NCBI GenBank assembly: GCA_964019425.1
Contig: OZ025784.1
Span: 310,001-374,000 of the forward strand
Direction of reading: 5' to 3'
Length of the DNA stretch: 64,000 nt
Source: Flectonema sp. DT1601
Taxonomy: Eukaryota
Positions 63,330 to 64,000 of the stretch are shown piece after piece. Position 1 is the first letter of the stretch; each line of letters starts with the position of its first letter. The notes under the pieces were generated by a model, which saw only the letters and a list, made by a program, of their open reading frames with translations, did not search any database and was not told where the DNA came from. The position numbers were made by a program, and so were the translations under genes.

Positions 63330-64000
63330 GGTCAGTAAGAAATAAATTGCAACCGCATTGGCCTACCGTAAGATGAGTCCCACAAGACCGACCACGTGTG
63401 GTCGCTCAAAGGTCCGAGGGCCCTAACCTCATGTAAACATAAAAAGCCAGAGGATAAGGTTTGTAAGCGACACTCGGCAACTGATGGGATAGGCGAACCG
63501 CAAGTTGCGGGTTTTGCGGGTTTGCAAGTGTTCGACGACCTGATGAGTCTCATGCTTCTGCAATTCCCATTGAATATCGCGTCTAGCTGCCCGTTTGCCA
63601 GAATCCTCACCACCTCCGTGATCGAGGCTATCAGCCCGAAGGCCACGTTGAATTGCCCTTGCGGGTTTGCCCAACTTTCGAAGCAGAACAAGTCCCTTCC
63701 TCGTCTCATCCAATAGTTTAGCCACTTGTGCACCATATTTCAGGTCGTCAATATGGGCACCTAAGTACTACACTCTCCCTCCATGGAAAAGTACTAATGC
63801 GATGGGATTCACATATTCAAGTAACAAGGAAGAGGCTGAACAGCGGAGAAACTGAACTACCAACTCACAGGGATGAAAGTCTACACTGACGGGTCGATGA
63901 GCAAAATACAAAACAACTGGGGACCTCATCCCATCGCATGTAGGGATTGATCCTCTCACGACATGGCTGATAAACTGGCTAAGGCAGCTTCTAAAGATTT
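63330..64000. mobile_element. Mosaic of retroelement fragments (inverted B-like RT piece, C-like piece, B-like RNase H piece)
   Basis: - strand ~63670-63766 KLLDETRKGLVLLRKL; + strand 63767-63898 matches 53028-53157; + strand ~63927-64000 IPSHVGID..DMADKLAK. Confidence 0.75.

Overview
Eukaryotic nuclear DNA, most likely a euglenozoan and probably a diplonemid. This is inferred from co-oriented single-ORF genes, a 15-nt match to the euglenozoan spliced-leader 3' end and euglenozoan-like LSU rRNA fragments. Bases 1-39.5 kb hold eleven host genes, all on the + strand: an RFC small subunit, a divergent EF-1alpha paralogue, a UBL-LRR protein, PFK2/FBPase2, kynureninase, an inositol 5-phosphatase, four hypothetical proteins and a 3686-aa surface protein. 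The same region contains a 1.5-kb non-autonomous Mutator-like element with 76-bp TIRs and a 9-bp TSD, which carries two inward-facing tRNA-like Pol III units and an LSU rRNA fragment. A tRNA-Ala(UGC) gene lies on the - strand at 40.6-40.7 kb. Starting 24 bp upstream of it, and pointing away from it, is a head-to-tail stack of at least seven APE-RT-RNase H non-LTR retrotransposon copies spanning about 21 kb. They belong to several divergent families (here A, C, B, D), and target-site remnants follow their tails. The families show an unusual toolkit: an HDV-like ribozyme at the 5' end (A), a retroposed spliced-leader relic (D), an ORF1 stop in a leaky context followed by a 2A/StopGo motif ahead of ORF2 (B clearly, D probably), a shared ~95-130 aa PDZ-like insert inside the RT, and covarying 3' UTR RNA structures. 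The window ends in a scrambled mosaic of retroelement and rRNA fragments. All assignments come from reading motifs by eye; no searches were run.
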